From Azolla caroliniana (lineage: Eukaryota > Plantae > Polypodiophyta), in the NCBI GenBank assembly GCA_043228905.1, contig JBHGNT010000003.1:4526001-4590000 (forward strand): 64,000 nucleotides of DNA. Direction: 5' to 3'. Shown one piece after another: positions 37,249 through 50,882 of the stretch; the stretch's first letter is position 1, and every line of letters begins with the position of its first letter. The translations under genes and the position numbers were made by a program. The notes beneath the pieces are model-generated. The model saw only the letters and a program-made list of their open reading frames with translations, did not search any database and was not told where the DNA came from.

Positions 37249-40200
37249 TCATTTCCACCCAAGTCTCTCAAAAAGAAGTGGGAGGTCAAAAGTTTTTGGT
37301 GTGGGTGTGACCCATGGTACCGATGCATAGAGTGCCCTAGCCATGGCTTCTAGGCGGTGTAGTTCACGTTCCCTTATTTTCTTTATTGCTTCTACATCTC
37401 GCCGAGTTGCTTTGAAACCCGGCATCCGAGGGTGTTTGGTTCTTCTTTGATTTTCTGCTTCATCAAGGAGAAGTCCGAGTGGTGCAGGTGTGTCGACATT
37501 CATTGTCTCCCCCTGTTCCTGAAAAACTTCATTTGTTATATGTTGGTAAACATTAGCAACATTATTATCAACGTTTTGTAATTTGTTCTCTCTGTGTTGT
37601 TTCAATTCTAAGATGTATCTACCTAATTTCTTTATATCTAGTGTATCTAATAGTTTAGGGAGGGTGGGAGAGGAACCAAGTATGTATTGGTATTTTGCCC
37701 TTATCTCGGCATAGGTGGGGCATTTGCATGTAAAATGGTACTCATCCTCTATCTCTATGTGGCATAACCTACATATCCTTTCCTCCCTAGGGACTCCATT
37801 AGTACGTCCATTCTCAATCTCAAGTTGGTGAGATGATATTCTAAGTTGACCAATGGCAACCCTTAGTGCATGTGGTAAGAATACATCTAGATATTTTGGG
37901 CGCGTGATAAAACCTAACTCAGAGAAGTGCATAAAGTGTTCCTTATAGTACGACATTTTAGATGGGAGTGGCTCTAGTGGGGTGATCCATTTATACCGAG
38001 TATAAATTTGCCATATTTCTTGGTGTATTACTTTATTACGGTCCTCATGAGAGAGTAAAGTGTTATCATTCGTGTGGTCGTACTTAAGGGGGGGGAGGTT
38101 AGTAATGTGTAGACCGTTGGCAAGAAGCCAACTCACCATCATGCCATACCATGAGCTAGTATAGCCGGACTCATACAGTGCTCGAGAAGCCTTAAAGGCT
38201 TGGTGGGATATTCTATCAAGTGGTTGGTTATGTATCCTGTGTATAAAGACTACCAGTTGAAAAAGTGCTTCTACTAACATAGGGGGTAGAGTGAACTCAG
38301 CCCTAATAATGTCATGTGGGACCGACGATTTGCTTCGGAGTTGGCGTGATAACATCATCACCAATGGTCTCTCTAATTGCGTCCACATGAAAGATGGTAG
38401 TCCTGGGGCCCAAACCGCTGATGCATACATGAGAGAGGGAGTCACTAATGAGTCAAAGAGCCACCCTTTAGTTCGTGGCTCTTGGAAGTATGCTTGGTGG
38501 CATTGTCTCTCGAGGAGTGAGAGGGATGCATGTCCTCTTGTAAGTCTATCCTTCGCTGCTTGTGTCATCGAAAATTTACCTGAGCGGGCACTGAAAGTGA
38601 CTCCGAGATAGACATATGATCCAACCACCTCAACTGGGCTATGGGAGATAGTTAGGTGACACTTAGCTCTAACTTGGGCCGACGTGTGGAAGATAAGGAC
38701 TTTCGTTTTCCCTAGATTCACTACCAATCCTCATTGTGTGCAAAAGTCATCTAAGGCATTAAGGTGCCTTTGTAGGTCGTGTTCAGATTCAGAGAGCAAA
38801 ACTATGTCATCTGCATAGAGCAAGATACGCACCTGCATATCCCCAACGACTACTCCCTTGCCTCCCTTACGAGGAATAAAATCTGTGATCTCATCAATGT
38901 AGATCCCAAAAAGAGTCGGAGATAAGGGGCAACCTTGTTTTACACCAATAGTGCTAGTGAAACTATCGGATATGCTGCCTGGGTATCGAACACACCCGGA
39001 CACTTGTTCATATAGTGCGTAGATGGCCCAAACCATGTCATCTAGTATCCTCAAGCTCTTAAGCCTATCAAACAACCGCTCTCTAGGGACCGTGTCAAAG
39101 GCTTTGCGGAAGTCCACAAAACAACAATATAGTTTCTTCTTGCGAGCCTTAGTCTGGTCAATTAAGCATCTAAGTGTGAAGATATGGTCAATAGTGGAGA
39201 AGGCTCGTCTAAAGCCAGCCTGTTCAGGTGCACGAAGATTTAAGGTCTCCATATACTCGTTAAGCTCTGCCTCCATTACTGCACCATATAGTTTAGCAAG
39301 GGTATGACCTATCATAATGGTCCTATAAGTATTTGGGTCCATGGGGTCCCCCCCCTTATGTATGGGGGCCACTGTGTTCATGGTCCATTGTGATGGAAAA
39401 CCCTCTGCAAGGGCACGATTGAAGATTAGAGTTAGCAAGGGAGCTAGGCACTCTCTCGCGTATATGATGTGTTTTGCTCGCAATCTTGTGTGGTCCATGG
39501 ACTTCCTATGTTGTAATTTCTTTATGACCTTCGTGACCCTAGAGGTCGGGAAGAGTGTCCCCACAGTAGGTCGGGGTGTGGAAGGCATTGGAATGGGTGG
39601 TTGGTTTGAGATGTGGTAAAGTCTCTCTGTATAAGTGTGCCAAGTTTCGGGATCTTCGATGGGTGTTTGTGGTCTTGGTTCCCGTAATCTCTTCCATGCA
39701 GTGGCACAATCGCTACTCATGAGCATGTGGTAGAGTTCCCAATATTGGGATGCCTCCCATGCTCGTCTCTTACGACGTGTCATCTTGCGCATTTCTTTAC
39801 GAGCTTGTACTGAGGTAATATTACCACTGAGTTGCGATATTGTAAGTTGTCGATGTAAGCACCTACAATCCTCATCATACCATCTATTTTGTGGCATAGA
39901 TCCTACTTTACCTTGATTGGAGTGTTTCGTGTATGGGAAGTTGCTAACCGCTGCAGAATGAAGGATGTGTGTGAGTTTCGTACTAAGGCTCTCTAAAGGT
40001 AGGGAGGGATCAAGGGAGGAGAGATGGGCTTGAACATGTCGAGCATATATGTCAGAGAGCTCATGTGTGAAATGTATTGTGATGTCATGGCGTGGTTGAC
40101 TAGAGTTGGTGACGTTAGAGATATCGCATTTTATCTCGAAGTATAAGAAACTATGGTCCGCGCCAATAGGACATGGGGCCACTCGGAAGGAGTTAATCAT

Positions 40201-40998
40201 GTGGGTAGCTTCAGGGCGTCCTATTAGATAATCGACTGTGCTTTCCCCTCCTCCATGTGGGAAACATGTGAGCTCTTCCGAACCTGGCCACTTGGCTAAA
40301 CCATTATATATGACCATCTGGTGCGGACTACCGAGTTCGAGCAAATGATGGCCAAAGCTCGTGGTGTCTGCACCTTGATCCTTTGATCTACGTGTGGTGT
40401 CTATGTCTGAAGGATCGACATTTACCATTTCTAGGTTTCTATTCATTTGAAATATTGTGCATTGTCGGGATTGGGTTCTCGCATTAAAGTCTCCTACAAG
40501 GAATACTTCGCCTTGGGAAGAATATCGGATTATGTCATCCGATAGAGGTTCATATGGGGAAGGCCCATGTGGCACTCCGTCATCAACTAATCTCCCCTCA
40601 CCAGCCAGATTATAACGAGAGCCTTTCGGGGGGAAGTAACAAATGGCGAAAATTACTGCCTTGTCCTTGCTTGTGGAGACTTTCACCCACATAAAACGAG
40701 CTTCTGGGTCTGTGCTCAGTATTTCTATCCTATTATGTAGCTCCCTCCGAAACAATATTGCGACACCTCCAGATCCCCTAGTAGTGCATCGACGTGAGGT
40801 TTGTCTAAAAGCCGACTCCCAACGAAATCCTTCGACTCGTGGGAGTCCCCTATTTGGGCTTTGGTGTGTTTCTACTAGGCAAACTATATCTGATTCCTTT
40901 AATATCCCCTCTAGGCGGCCGGGGTGTGTCCAGAGTGCGCCGTTACAATTCCATAAGGTCATCCTAAGTGTGTTTTTTGTCACATGGGCCACACGCCG
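37249..40998 (-). pseudogene. LINE B ORF2 (APE-RT-zinc finger, ~1250 codons) with a single CGA>TGA nonsense at 38731-38733
   Basis: ORFs 38731-40992 and 37249-38727 share one frame; copy A has CGA at the homologous codon. Confidence 0.93.
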
Positions 40999-41803
40999 TC
41001 AATTAGTAGTGCGATCATTTACGATCACTCGCCCATCTCGATAAAAGGCGCGATGCCCGTCTTTGCGAGCTTGCATAACCTTTGGCATACAACTCTTGCG
41101 ATGCTCAATTTGCATCTTGGTGAGGTCTTCATCGAGATAGATATGGTCCCCACCCAATCCTCGAAGAATTGGTCTCTTCTTAAAGAAAGTGATTCTAGAG
41201 TCTAAGTCTTTAAATTGAAGAACTAAGGCTCTCTTCCTAGTTGTGTCGCGTCCGGCCCTCCAAGCTTTGGTGATAGGTAGGGTCGTTGTGTACCCTAACA
41301 TTTTCCCGAGTGTTTGTGCATCCTCATCCGTGGATGCACCTTCCTTGAGCCCAATGACACGCACATTTAGGCGTCGGGCCTGACGCATTTTCTCCTCTTC
41401 GAGGATGGTATTAACAATATTTTCATCCTTTATTTCTTTTTTAATGTTTCTTTTAACCACATCTACCCAACCCGTTTTTGCTAACTCTATGTTATTTTTA
41501 ACCTCCTCTTTAACTTTTTTGATCTCATCTTTTATATCCTCTATGGAGGATATTTCACCATCCTCTCAGGATACCTTGATGTCATTAAGTTGTTGTTTGA
41601 GGTTTGTGTTTTCCTCTTTAAGTTTTTCTATTTCGGCCTTGAGGGTGTCTTTTTCCTCTCTATCTTTTTTCTTGTGGGTTTCGGCATCTTTCACCCATTT
41701 TTTCATATCCGTTTCTTTTTTTTAAACGGTTAAACATATCCAAAAAGTCCTCCTTACTTATAGCCTCGTCTTGTGTATCCTTGTGTTCCTTTCGTTTAGA
41801 CAT
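40999..41803 (-). pseudogene. LINE B ORF1 (ancestral start MSKRKEHKD...); frameshift in an A-run at ~41720 and a stop at ~41567
   Basis: Homologous to copy A ORF1. Confidence 0.85.
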
Positions 41804-42236
41804 TGTAGTGTCAATAAGAAAAGAAAAAAAGGATAAAATAAATGGGTTCGAGACTTAGCCGAGTTTGTGTTATGTCGTAGTCACATCGGCATTTCGCACA
41901 CGACGAGCACGCTAAAAGAACAAGGATGCGCCGCCAAGAGAAGAAACGCGACACTCGGCAACCTCAAGAAACAAGGAGGAGAAAAGCACGGCAACGGCAA
42001 TGGCGACTACAACGGATGATGACGAACTGCAGCAGGTCGTCCAACACGCCGACGGTAGCAGACGGCAGCAGACGGCGACGGACGTCAGCAGACGGCAACA
42101 GACGGCGACGGACGTCAGAGGCGGCAGCGCGGCAACAGACGACAGCAGCACGATGGGGGGGGACTGCAGCTCGGTAGCAGGCGGCGACAGACGTCGCAGA
42201 CGGCAGCGACGACAGCGTAGCGCACGATCGTTGCAA

Positions 42237-42267
<31 letters not shown>

Positions 42268-43711
42268 AGAGATAATGATGACAACAAGAAGTATATTATA
42301 TTATATGAAGAAAGATACAAGAACAACTAGGAGGCTTAAGATTGGCGTTGAACCAAATTGGTTTGGAATAATGTCTTATGCCTCTATTTATAGTGTTTTC
42401 AAGATTACTCTTGAAGTTTCTAGAATGTTCTAGAGTAATGTAGAATATTTATGAATTTCCTATAAGAATAATAAATGAAACTAATATCTTTTGTATTACA
42501 ACTCATGGTTTAATAGCGAGGGTTCAACCCATGTAACACAAGGTCATGGGTTCGAATCCTTGCGGAGCCATACAGTGCCATATCATGACACTAGGACCCC
42601 GAGCACATACAAATCTTTCAAAGTTCGGACATATTGTTCAACGAATCAGCTATGCATAAGACGGTCGAAAGGCCTATTGAAGTGGGAAGGGTACACTTTT
42701 TCTAAAGTGTCATCCCTTCATGACAACCCAATCCATAACACGAGTTTAGATTCACAGGTAACTGAATCCTCTCGCACCGAATCAACTCCAACTGAATATT
42801 TTGGCGCTCGACCATCCGACTCATACACCCAATCAGGCTAACCCTGTCATACCTAGAAGATCTGAAAGACTATCACAACCTTTATGGTATCTAGCCAGGA
42901 ACATCTAGTTTGCCAACTCAAGAAGAGTCTATACAACCTGAAACAGGCACCCAAACAATGGCACAAGAAGTTTGACGATTTCATCCAATCGGTCGGCTTC
43001 TCCAAGAGCGATGAGCACCACTACCTCTTGACCAAAACAAATCGAGATGGATCACCCATTTTTCTCATCACCTACATGGACAACATGCTACTCTCCGACC
43101 GACATGTCGGAGAGCTCACCAAACTCACTCAACAACTGCGGTTGAAGTTCTCTATGGAGGACCTTGGTGCGGCAAGACACATTCTAGGGATGCATAAAAG
43201 TCAGCTTCGAAATCGAAGATAGTTGTTCTTGACTCAAGCTGACTATATTGGACGTTTCTTGGAATGCTTCAACATGCAATTGGCCAAATCTTCTTTGACC
43301 CTACTCCCCATTAGCCATTGGTTGTCTCAGCAAGATTGCCCGACATCCGGTCTAGAAGGGGAAGATATGAAGTCGGTACCATATGCACCGGCACTTGACT
43401 CCTTCATGTACGCCATGGTCGTAACACGACCTAACATTGCTCATGTTGTAGGAGTTGTTAGTCAATTTATGCACAATCCTATCCGATCACATCGAAATGC
43501 AGTAAAGCATGTGTTCAGATACCTCGTGGGCACAAAAGAGGCACAAAAGACTATGGCATCCTATTTGGCCCAAACAATACTTCAAGCGTAGTCAGTTATG
43601 CCAACTCGAACCTTGCTGGTTGTGTGGATAGTCGAAAATCGACAACCGGATACTACTTTAAATTCAACAATGTAGCAATCTCATGGAATTCGAAACTTTA
43701 GGAGTGCATTA

Positions 43712-44052
43712 CTATGTCAATGACCAAGGCCAAATATGCAACTACATCCAACGCGGTGAACGAGGCCCTATGGCTCAGTCGGTTGGCTTGCATGTTTCGC
43801 CAAATCGACTCAGACTTGGCTCGAGTTGTCTATATCGATAGTCAGGGTGTTGTCACTCGATCGAAAATTCCGGTTCAACATTGCTATGTCAATGACCAAG
43901 GCCAAATATGCAGCTACATCTAACGCGGTGAATGAGGCCCTATGGCTTAGTCGGTTGGCTTGCACGTTTCGACAAATCGACTCAGACTTGGCTCGAGTTG
44001 TCTATATCAATAGTTAGGGTGTTGTCACTCGGTCGAAAATTCCGGTTCAACA
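43712..44052. repeat. 172-bp tandem duplication in Copia F RNase H
   Basis: ctatgtcaatgaccaaggccaaatatgca at 43712 and 43884. Confidence 0.95.
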
Positions 44053-45319
44053 CAATGCCTTAAAGCACATCGATGTGAGATATCACTTTGTTCGGGACTG
44101 CATCATTTTAGGAAAAATCGTCCTGGAGAAAATATATACAGTCAATAATGTCACAGATGGGATGACCAACTATCTTCCAGCGGATCGATTCCAATCCCTT
44201 TGGCATTAGATGGGCATAACGAAGAAACAATCTGATTGAGTCAGACATTCAGGATGGTTTCGGACAATCATCATCGACAATTCGAGATTCGGCTTCAGCT
44301 CTTTTGGCCTAGGCCTTTTGTTCTTGGATTTTCCTGACTTGGAGAAAGCTGACTTATCCGAAAACCTTGTATAAATCTGTAACTTTGTCTAGTCTAGATT
44401 TTTGTGTTATACGCCCATTACGGGGGAGTGTTGAATACAGATATATAATGGTCATATTCACGGTGTCCCATTGGACACACTAGGTTTAAGTTATTTAGGT
44501 AAATAGTGGAAAGGGCAGTTGCCCTAAGTCAATTAGTATTTAAACTGACTTTGTAACCTAGTTTTGTGGTTGTTCATATTGTATATCAATGTGGTGTTGT
44601 AACTTTGAGAATAATATTGTTACATACTCTTGTGCCTACCTTGTTGTCTCTCTTCCCCTTTATTCCCTTGTTGATCTTGACTTATGATTCAACTGTCTTG
44701 TGTTATCAATCTAGTTCTTTGTATTCATTGAAGATCTTCATCTCAAAGAGTGTTAAGTTTGTTCTGCATCCTCACGACCACTTTCAACAGAGAGTGTTCT
44801 AGGTTTGTCTCACTTGCAAAGGTGGAGTGAAAGAGTAAAGAAAGCAAACTCACTTTATCAGACAAGGAAGGAGGCTAAAAGTGGCACTACGACACTATCT
44901 TAACAACGAATGTGATGTAACCGTTAATGGTAGGCTTCGTCAAAGACCACATAACTTGAATCCTTGCAACTAACTTAGCATGTCTTTTTCTCTTGTAATC
45001 ATTCATTGTAACAACTTCTCTTAATCAACTATTTTGTAAACCCTTCTTTAAAAAGAGTTTTCTTGTATAAATTAGTATTTAGGTCTGACTCTAAGGTCAT
45101 TTTGGTCTTAATCTTTAGAATGGTCTCCTCCTTCGAGAGTTCGCCTCCTTGTAACGTTCGTCTCCTTCGAGCGTTTGCCTCCTAAGTTTGTTTGTCTTGT
45201 TCAAGCAATCATCTCCTTGAAGCGTTTTCCTACTAGAAATGTTCGTCTCCTTCGAGGATTTGTCTAGTTGAGAGTGTTTGTCTACTTAGAGAGTTGAACG
45301 AAGCAAACAAATTTCCTCG

Positions 45320-48160
45320 TCGCCGTGAAGCCTGTCAATTGAGACATGTAAATGTCTTCTTCTATATCTCCATGTAGAAATGTCGTCTTTACGTCCATCT
45401 ATTCAAGCTCTAGGTCTTTTGTTGCCACAAATCCTAGTAGGAGTTGGAGGGTGATCATCTTGACTACTGGTGAGAATATGTCCTTGTAGTTGACTCCATG
45501 TTCCTGTTTGAATCCCTTCACGACAAGCCGAGATTTGTACTTGGGTTTCTCAGGATCAGATACATATTTGTGTCCGAATACCCATTTGCAAGGTAATAGC
45601 TTTCTTCCAGCTGGTAGTTCGACCAACTCCCATGTTTGATTATAGCGAATTGATTCCATCTCAGATTGCATGTCTTGTAACTATGTATCGGCGTCTGGTG
45701 CGGCTATAGCTTCTTCATTAGTACTTTGTTTGCCTGCATCCGTGTAGTTGACGTAGTCGAGGCTCGGTTGATAAAACTCTGTAGGACTTCTGACTTGTCC
45801 AGATCTCCTGAGTGTCGAGCTCAATTGTTTGTCGAATATGTGATTTGGTTCTTCTACAACAGTTCTGTCCTCCTCAAAGGAGACCTTTTCACCAACTATT
45901 TTCTACTGGTTCCACTGAGAGAAGATAGAAACTTGATTAAAGACTACGTCACTGCTCCGGATCAATTTCCGGTTCTTTGGGTCCCATCCTATAGCAGAAG
46001 TCCCCGTCGGTTCCATAACCGAGAAATATGCACTTTGTCGCATGGGGTGCCAACTTGGTCCTTTTCTCCCTAAGGATGAACGCGATCCGTATATACAGAG
46101 CCTATCGTAGGTCGATTGTTTGCCTGACCATAGTGCCTGTGGCACTTCGAGCCTTATTGCTTTCGACGGTGGTAGATTTACTAGGTATACCGCCATCTGC
46201 AATGCCTCAGCCCAGAACTCTAGTTTTAGTTCAGCTTGCTGGAGCATTGTCGTCACTCTCTCCTGGATCGTTCGATTGATCCGTTCTGCTACTCCATTCA
46301 GCATGGGTGTGTAAGGAACAGTCTTTTCATGGCGGATCCCTTTGTCAGATAGGTAGTGTTTGAAGGCTCTGGAGGAATATTCTCCTCCATTGTCCGATCG
46401 GAGTGTCTTCACTTTGTGTCCCGACCGGTTCTCCACTTCAGAGATCTACCGAGTGAAGACCTCGAGCGCTTCGTCTTTGGACCTTATCGAGTAGGCCCAG
46501 ACCTTCCATGTACAGTCATCTACAAATGTGATGAAGTACCGGGAGCCCGCTACTGATCGCTCTGGCATGGGCCCACATATATCCGTGATCACAAACTCTA
46601 GGGGATGTTGTACCATCTCGTAGTGGAGAGAGTGCTGACTCCGAGTCTGTTTCCCGTATCGACAATGTTCATAGAAGTTCGTTTTTGCTTGGACTTTCAG
46701 AATGTAGCCGACCACCATCAGTCGATCGAGTTCAGCTTGAGACATATGGCCAAGTCGTCCATGCCATGTTTGGGTCGGTCTTCTCGACTAGGTTGATTGC
46801 CCCTTCTGGATTGATCGCCATCAATGGGTACAGGTTGTTGTACTTATGCCCACTCCCAATTCTGAGTTTTCACTGGCTGATCATCCATACCTACTCACTT
46901 AGAGCCATTCGATACCCGTCTTCGGCTAGCATGCCGATGGAAACCAAACTCCTTTTCAAATCGGGTACGTGCTGAACTTGGTGCAGGATTATTGTGTTGT
47001 CGTTTGTATTGGAACTTCTCCAACTCTTGTTATTCTGCAATCCTGCCCATTCCCTAGTCCAGTAGCCACGTGTGTGCACCATGTGCACTGTAGAGGACTT
47101 ATTCGATCATTGAATCCTCTAAGGAGAGATTTTCTCGAGATCGGGTGGCAACATTGATTTGATTGCCGACTGGAGAGTGGTTCGAGTCGGGTCGTCCTCG
47201 ATTTTGCTCGGATCACCAACCACTCTCTTTCCTCTTGATCGACCACTAGTCGGAAACATTGTGACTAGCGTTTCTACAATGTGTGTAGAATTCGCATGAT
47301 CGGCATGTTCTCCAGTTCGACCGTTGTCGGTCTCCCCTCGTTTTCGATCGACTATGGTATTGACCAGCTCTGTCGGCTTCTTCTCTTGATCGACTCAAAC
47401 CGTCAACCGACTCGGTCGAATGGTGGGCTTCTGCTAATTCGTTGATGGTGAGTCCCATCGATTTTCGCTGAATGTCCTCGGTGCGGACTTGGCCGATCGT
47501 CTCATCCAGATTTAGGATTGGTCGGTTATTGGCGTACGTCGTGCAGAATACCTCCCAACTCACCGGCAAGCTCGATAGGAGGGCAAGAGCTTTGACTTCT
47601 TCTTCGAAGTTGATCCCTTGTGAGGAGAGTTCTGACAATACCCGACTGAAGGTGTTGATGTGGGAGGTAGCCGAATCGGTTTCTCTCATCTTCATGTTGA
47701 ATAGTTGTTTGATCAAAATCAGTTTTGAAGATCAGGACTTTTTCTCGTACACGACTTATAGCTTCTCCCACAATGAGAACATTATCATCTCTTTTGCCAT
47801 GCTGAAGTAAACGTTTTCGGCTAGATGCATTCGAATGGTGGAGCGTGTGATTACATTTGTAGATCTCCACTCTCCGGTTATCATCCAGTCAGGCTTTTCA
47901 GTGTCGAATGACTTCGACTTGTCTTCTGATGATCAACACGTCCTACATCATCTCCTTCCATAGGGCAAAGTTTTTGCCATCGAATTGTTTGATTTCAACA
48001 CCTGTTCTGAATGTTGAAGCCATGTTCTTCTTTGAAAGTGAGATTTTACTGGCCTGGTCTTTTTCCTTTCAATTTTTTATGTTGTTTGTTGCCGCCAAGC
48101 CGCACATCACTCGGATACCAGCTGAAGATCGAATATGTGCGGAAACGTATGTATGAAGAT
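45320..48160 (-). mobile_element. Copia element I: gag, PR, integrase and RT N-terminus; PBS 48109-48120; 5' LTR stub from 48123
   Basis: LRSDNGGEY, NGVAERINRTI and YKSRLVVKGFKQ motifs; PBS tggtatccgagt (tRNA-iMet-like, imperfect). Confidence 0.85.
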
Positions 48161-48256
48161 CTGTCATAGTGTTCAGCAAACAACACAGAAGGAAGGCAAG
48201 AGAATAAACAAAGAATGGACACGTTCTAAGCTTGAATGGAAGCTTTGATATATTAT

Positions 48257-48331
<75 letters not shown>

Positions 48332-48426
48332 GAGTTCGTTATACAAGATGATCAAGAAGTTCTCTTTTTCTCACCGTTAGGTTATTGCTTATATACTAAG
48401 CCCTAACTCTTTGGATGAGTTCACAC
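48161..48426. mobile_element. LTR-like fragment with a long (CT)n tract (48258-48329)
   Basis: Begins tgtca, interrupts the Copia I LTR and abuts a Gypsy integrase remnant; far end uncertain. Confidence 0.5.
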
Positions 48427-48429
48427 TAG

Positions 48430-49630
48430 GATACAAATCAGAAGGAGTCAGTCTTTTATGCCAACAGTACGCATTATCGGCTTCACGATTGGCCTATGCC
48501 CTCGTTTGACCTTTCTGTTTGCCTCTGGATTGTATGCCGTTGTGAGGGAAACCTTGACCCCTAGTCAGTCGAATTGCTCCTCAGCTTCTTGTGCATCTAG
48601 CTCCCCTCAGTCGGCCACGATCTTCCCTATACACCCATATTAGCAAATCACATCCTTGATCAAGAACCGGCATACGGTCATGGTCGTCTTGTTCGTTAAT
48701 GCTCGACCCTCCACCTAATTCGTCAGGTCCTCTCTCGCGAGCACTAGGTACCACATATGCCTCACTTCTTTCAACATCGTAACTAAGTTGACCATTCACT
48801 TGAAACGAATGGTCGGCGAGTAAGTCAGGTGAAGCTCGTCGTTGTGATCGTCAAATGCACTTCGCAACTCTCGCATGTTGACATGAAATGATGCACGTCC
48901 TTGTACATTCCTGGCCACCTATACGTCTCCTTCAGCTTCTCAAATGTGGCCCACATTCCTCGATGTCCGGACCAAGGATTCTCATGAAATTTCATTAGCA
49001 ACATCGACTTGTCCTCCTCCTTCATTACCACCTAGAGTGGTGTACCGTTCTGTTTCTTTGGGTGTCGCCATATTTCCCCGTCCCTCAGGAAGAACCGGTA
49101 TGCCTTCTTCTAGATTCTACTTACTTTTTCCTTCGTCTCTAACGCCTCTGTCATCATCAAGCTCAGGAACCGTCCGATCCGAAGCCACTCCCCATCATAG
49201 TCATCCTCCTTGAACTCGTGCAAGGTCAGAGTGCTTTGCCCATTCACCAACAATTGAGCCAACTCGAAGAAGTCCACGCCGACTTCTTCGTCTTCCGATA
49301 TCATGTTGTCCTCGTTGTTGTACCGCGACCTCAATAGCATGTCGGCCATGGCATTATCTTTCATGGAGATGTGTCATATCTCCGGATTAAGGGACTTAAT
49401 GTACATGATTCACTTGAGCATTTCCATGTCCAGAGTCGCGCATCCGGAGACTTCCACCCCAAATAAGTAATCCTTGCCGGCCTCTACTGCCGAAATGATA
49501 CCCTACAACTCCCGCTTGACTTGGCAGTATCCTTGCTATCGCTCACTCAGTACTTTTGCCCCGAATCAGATCGCGAACCGCGTGCCGCCGTCATCATCCT
49601 GATTGATAACCCACCTAATTCCGGTCGGAC
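48430..49630 (-). pseudogene. Gypsy RNase H/integrase remnant related to element D
   Basis: KDNAMADMLLR and FHENPWSGHRGMWATFEKLK...TCESC. Confidence 0.8.
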
Positions 49631-50882
49631 TCATGTGTTGAGAACTAAGACCGTCAATGTGGAAACATCAACAACACTTTGCGGTGAAGATCACCGAGAG
49701 CACAAGATGAGGCAAGATCAGAGAACAACATGAGAGAAAGAGAGAGGCACATAAGAAGAACTATATTATTCAAACTCTCAATAGCACAATATACAAGATG
49801 AACAACCCCACAAACTAGGTTATAAATCCCATTATATACTAATTGGGCCAGGGCAATTGCCCTTTGACATATTTATAGAAATGTGCCAAATCTAGTTTGT
49901 CCCGAATACAATGTGAATACATGACCATTATAGACCAGTATTTGACACTCCCCCGTAATGGGTGTATACATCAGAAATCTGTAATAAGGAAAGCAAATGT
50001 ACAATACAGATTTGTACAACGTTGTTGAACAAATCAGATTAATTTTCTATTCCAGTCAATAATCTCTCAAAAACAAAAGGCCGAATCAGTTAGAGTCGGA
50101 GGGATTGAAGTTGAACTTCGAACTGTCAATGATGTTTGTTCGAAACCATCCTACGTGTCCAACTCAATCGGACTGATTCTTCATTACGCCCATCTGGTGC
50201 CGAATGGATCAAAATCGATTCGTCGAAAGACACTTGGTCATCTCGTCTACAACATTATTGACTGTAGGTATCTTCTCGAGCCCGATTTTCCCTAACACGA
50301 TGGAGTCCCAAACAAAATGATATCGAACGTCGATATGTTTGGAGGCTTTGTGATGAACCGGATTTTTCGATAGAGCAAGAACACCCTGATTATCATTGTA
50401 GACAACTAGAGCCGAGCTGGATTCGGCTTGTCGAAACGTGTAAGCTAGCCGACCGAGCCATAAGGCCTCTTTCGTCACATCGGATGCGGCTAAGTATTCA
50501 GCCTCGGTCGTTGATGTGGCAGTGTACTCCTGAATTTTGAATTTCCACGAAATCGCTCCATTGCCAAATTTAAAACAGTATCCGGTTGTCGATTTTCAAC
50601 TGTCCACACAACCAGCAATGTCCAAGTCAGTATAGCCGACTACGCCTAAGGTATCGTTTGGGCCGAACAGGATGCCATAGTCTTTTGTGCCCACCAGGTA
50701 TCTCAACACATGCTTAACTATATTCCAATGCAATTGGCCAGGATTGCGCATGAATCTGTTGGCGACTCCAACTGCGTGAGCAATGTCAGGTCATTTCACA
50801 ACCATCATGTACATCAAGAGCCAATTGTCGGTGCATATGGTACTGACTTCATAACTTCCCCCTCCAAACTAGATGTCGGGCA

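Larger units (their letters stand above)
37067..42236 (-). mobile_element. RTEX-like LINE, copy B (~5.2 kb), inserted in the (GA)n tract of the chromovirus B 5' LTR
   Basis: Same body and 3' end (atatattaacgtcttctaagg...) as copy A; (GAAA)n tail on +; (GA)n on both sides. Confidence 0.92.
23886..42590 (-). mobile_element. Chromovirus B (decayed): 3' LTR 23886-24312, PPT 24313-24329, chromodomain/INT/RNase H 24330-26250, gag start ~36579-36800, 5' LTR 36902-42590 split by LINE B
   Basis: Paired LTRs tgtcaggga...catgaca; TSD ctggg/ctagg; GHFGSTKT, DRYTKMAHF and GYHPQTNGQ integrase motifs. Confidence 0.9.
23148..44789 (+). mobile_element. Copia element F (5'-truncated): integrase 23148-23885, RT/RNase H 42591-44240, PPT 44421-44428, 3' LTR 44429-~44789; split by element B
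   Basis: CEHCEYGKQ and DKGGEF motifs; GYGLW|DPEH is restored across the insertion; LKKSLYNLKQAP and KHIDVRYHF motifs; cgggggag|tgttga. Confidence 0.85.

Noticed and set aside
38731-38733. In-frame TGA inside LINE B RT as a second read-through site
   Set aside because: Copy A has CGA here; this is ordinary CpG deamination.
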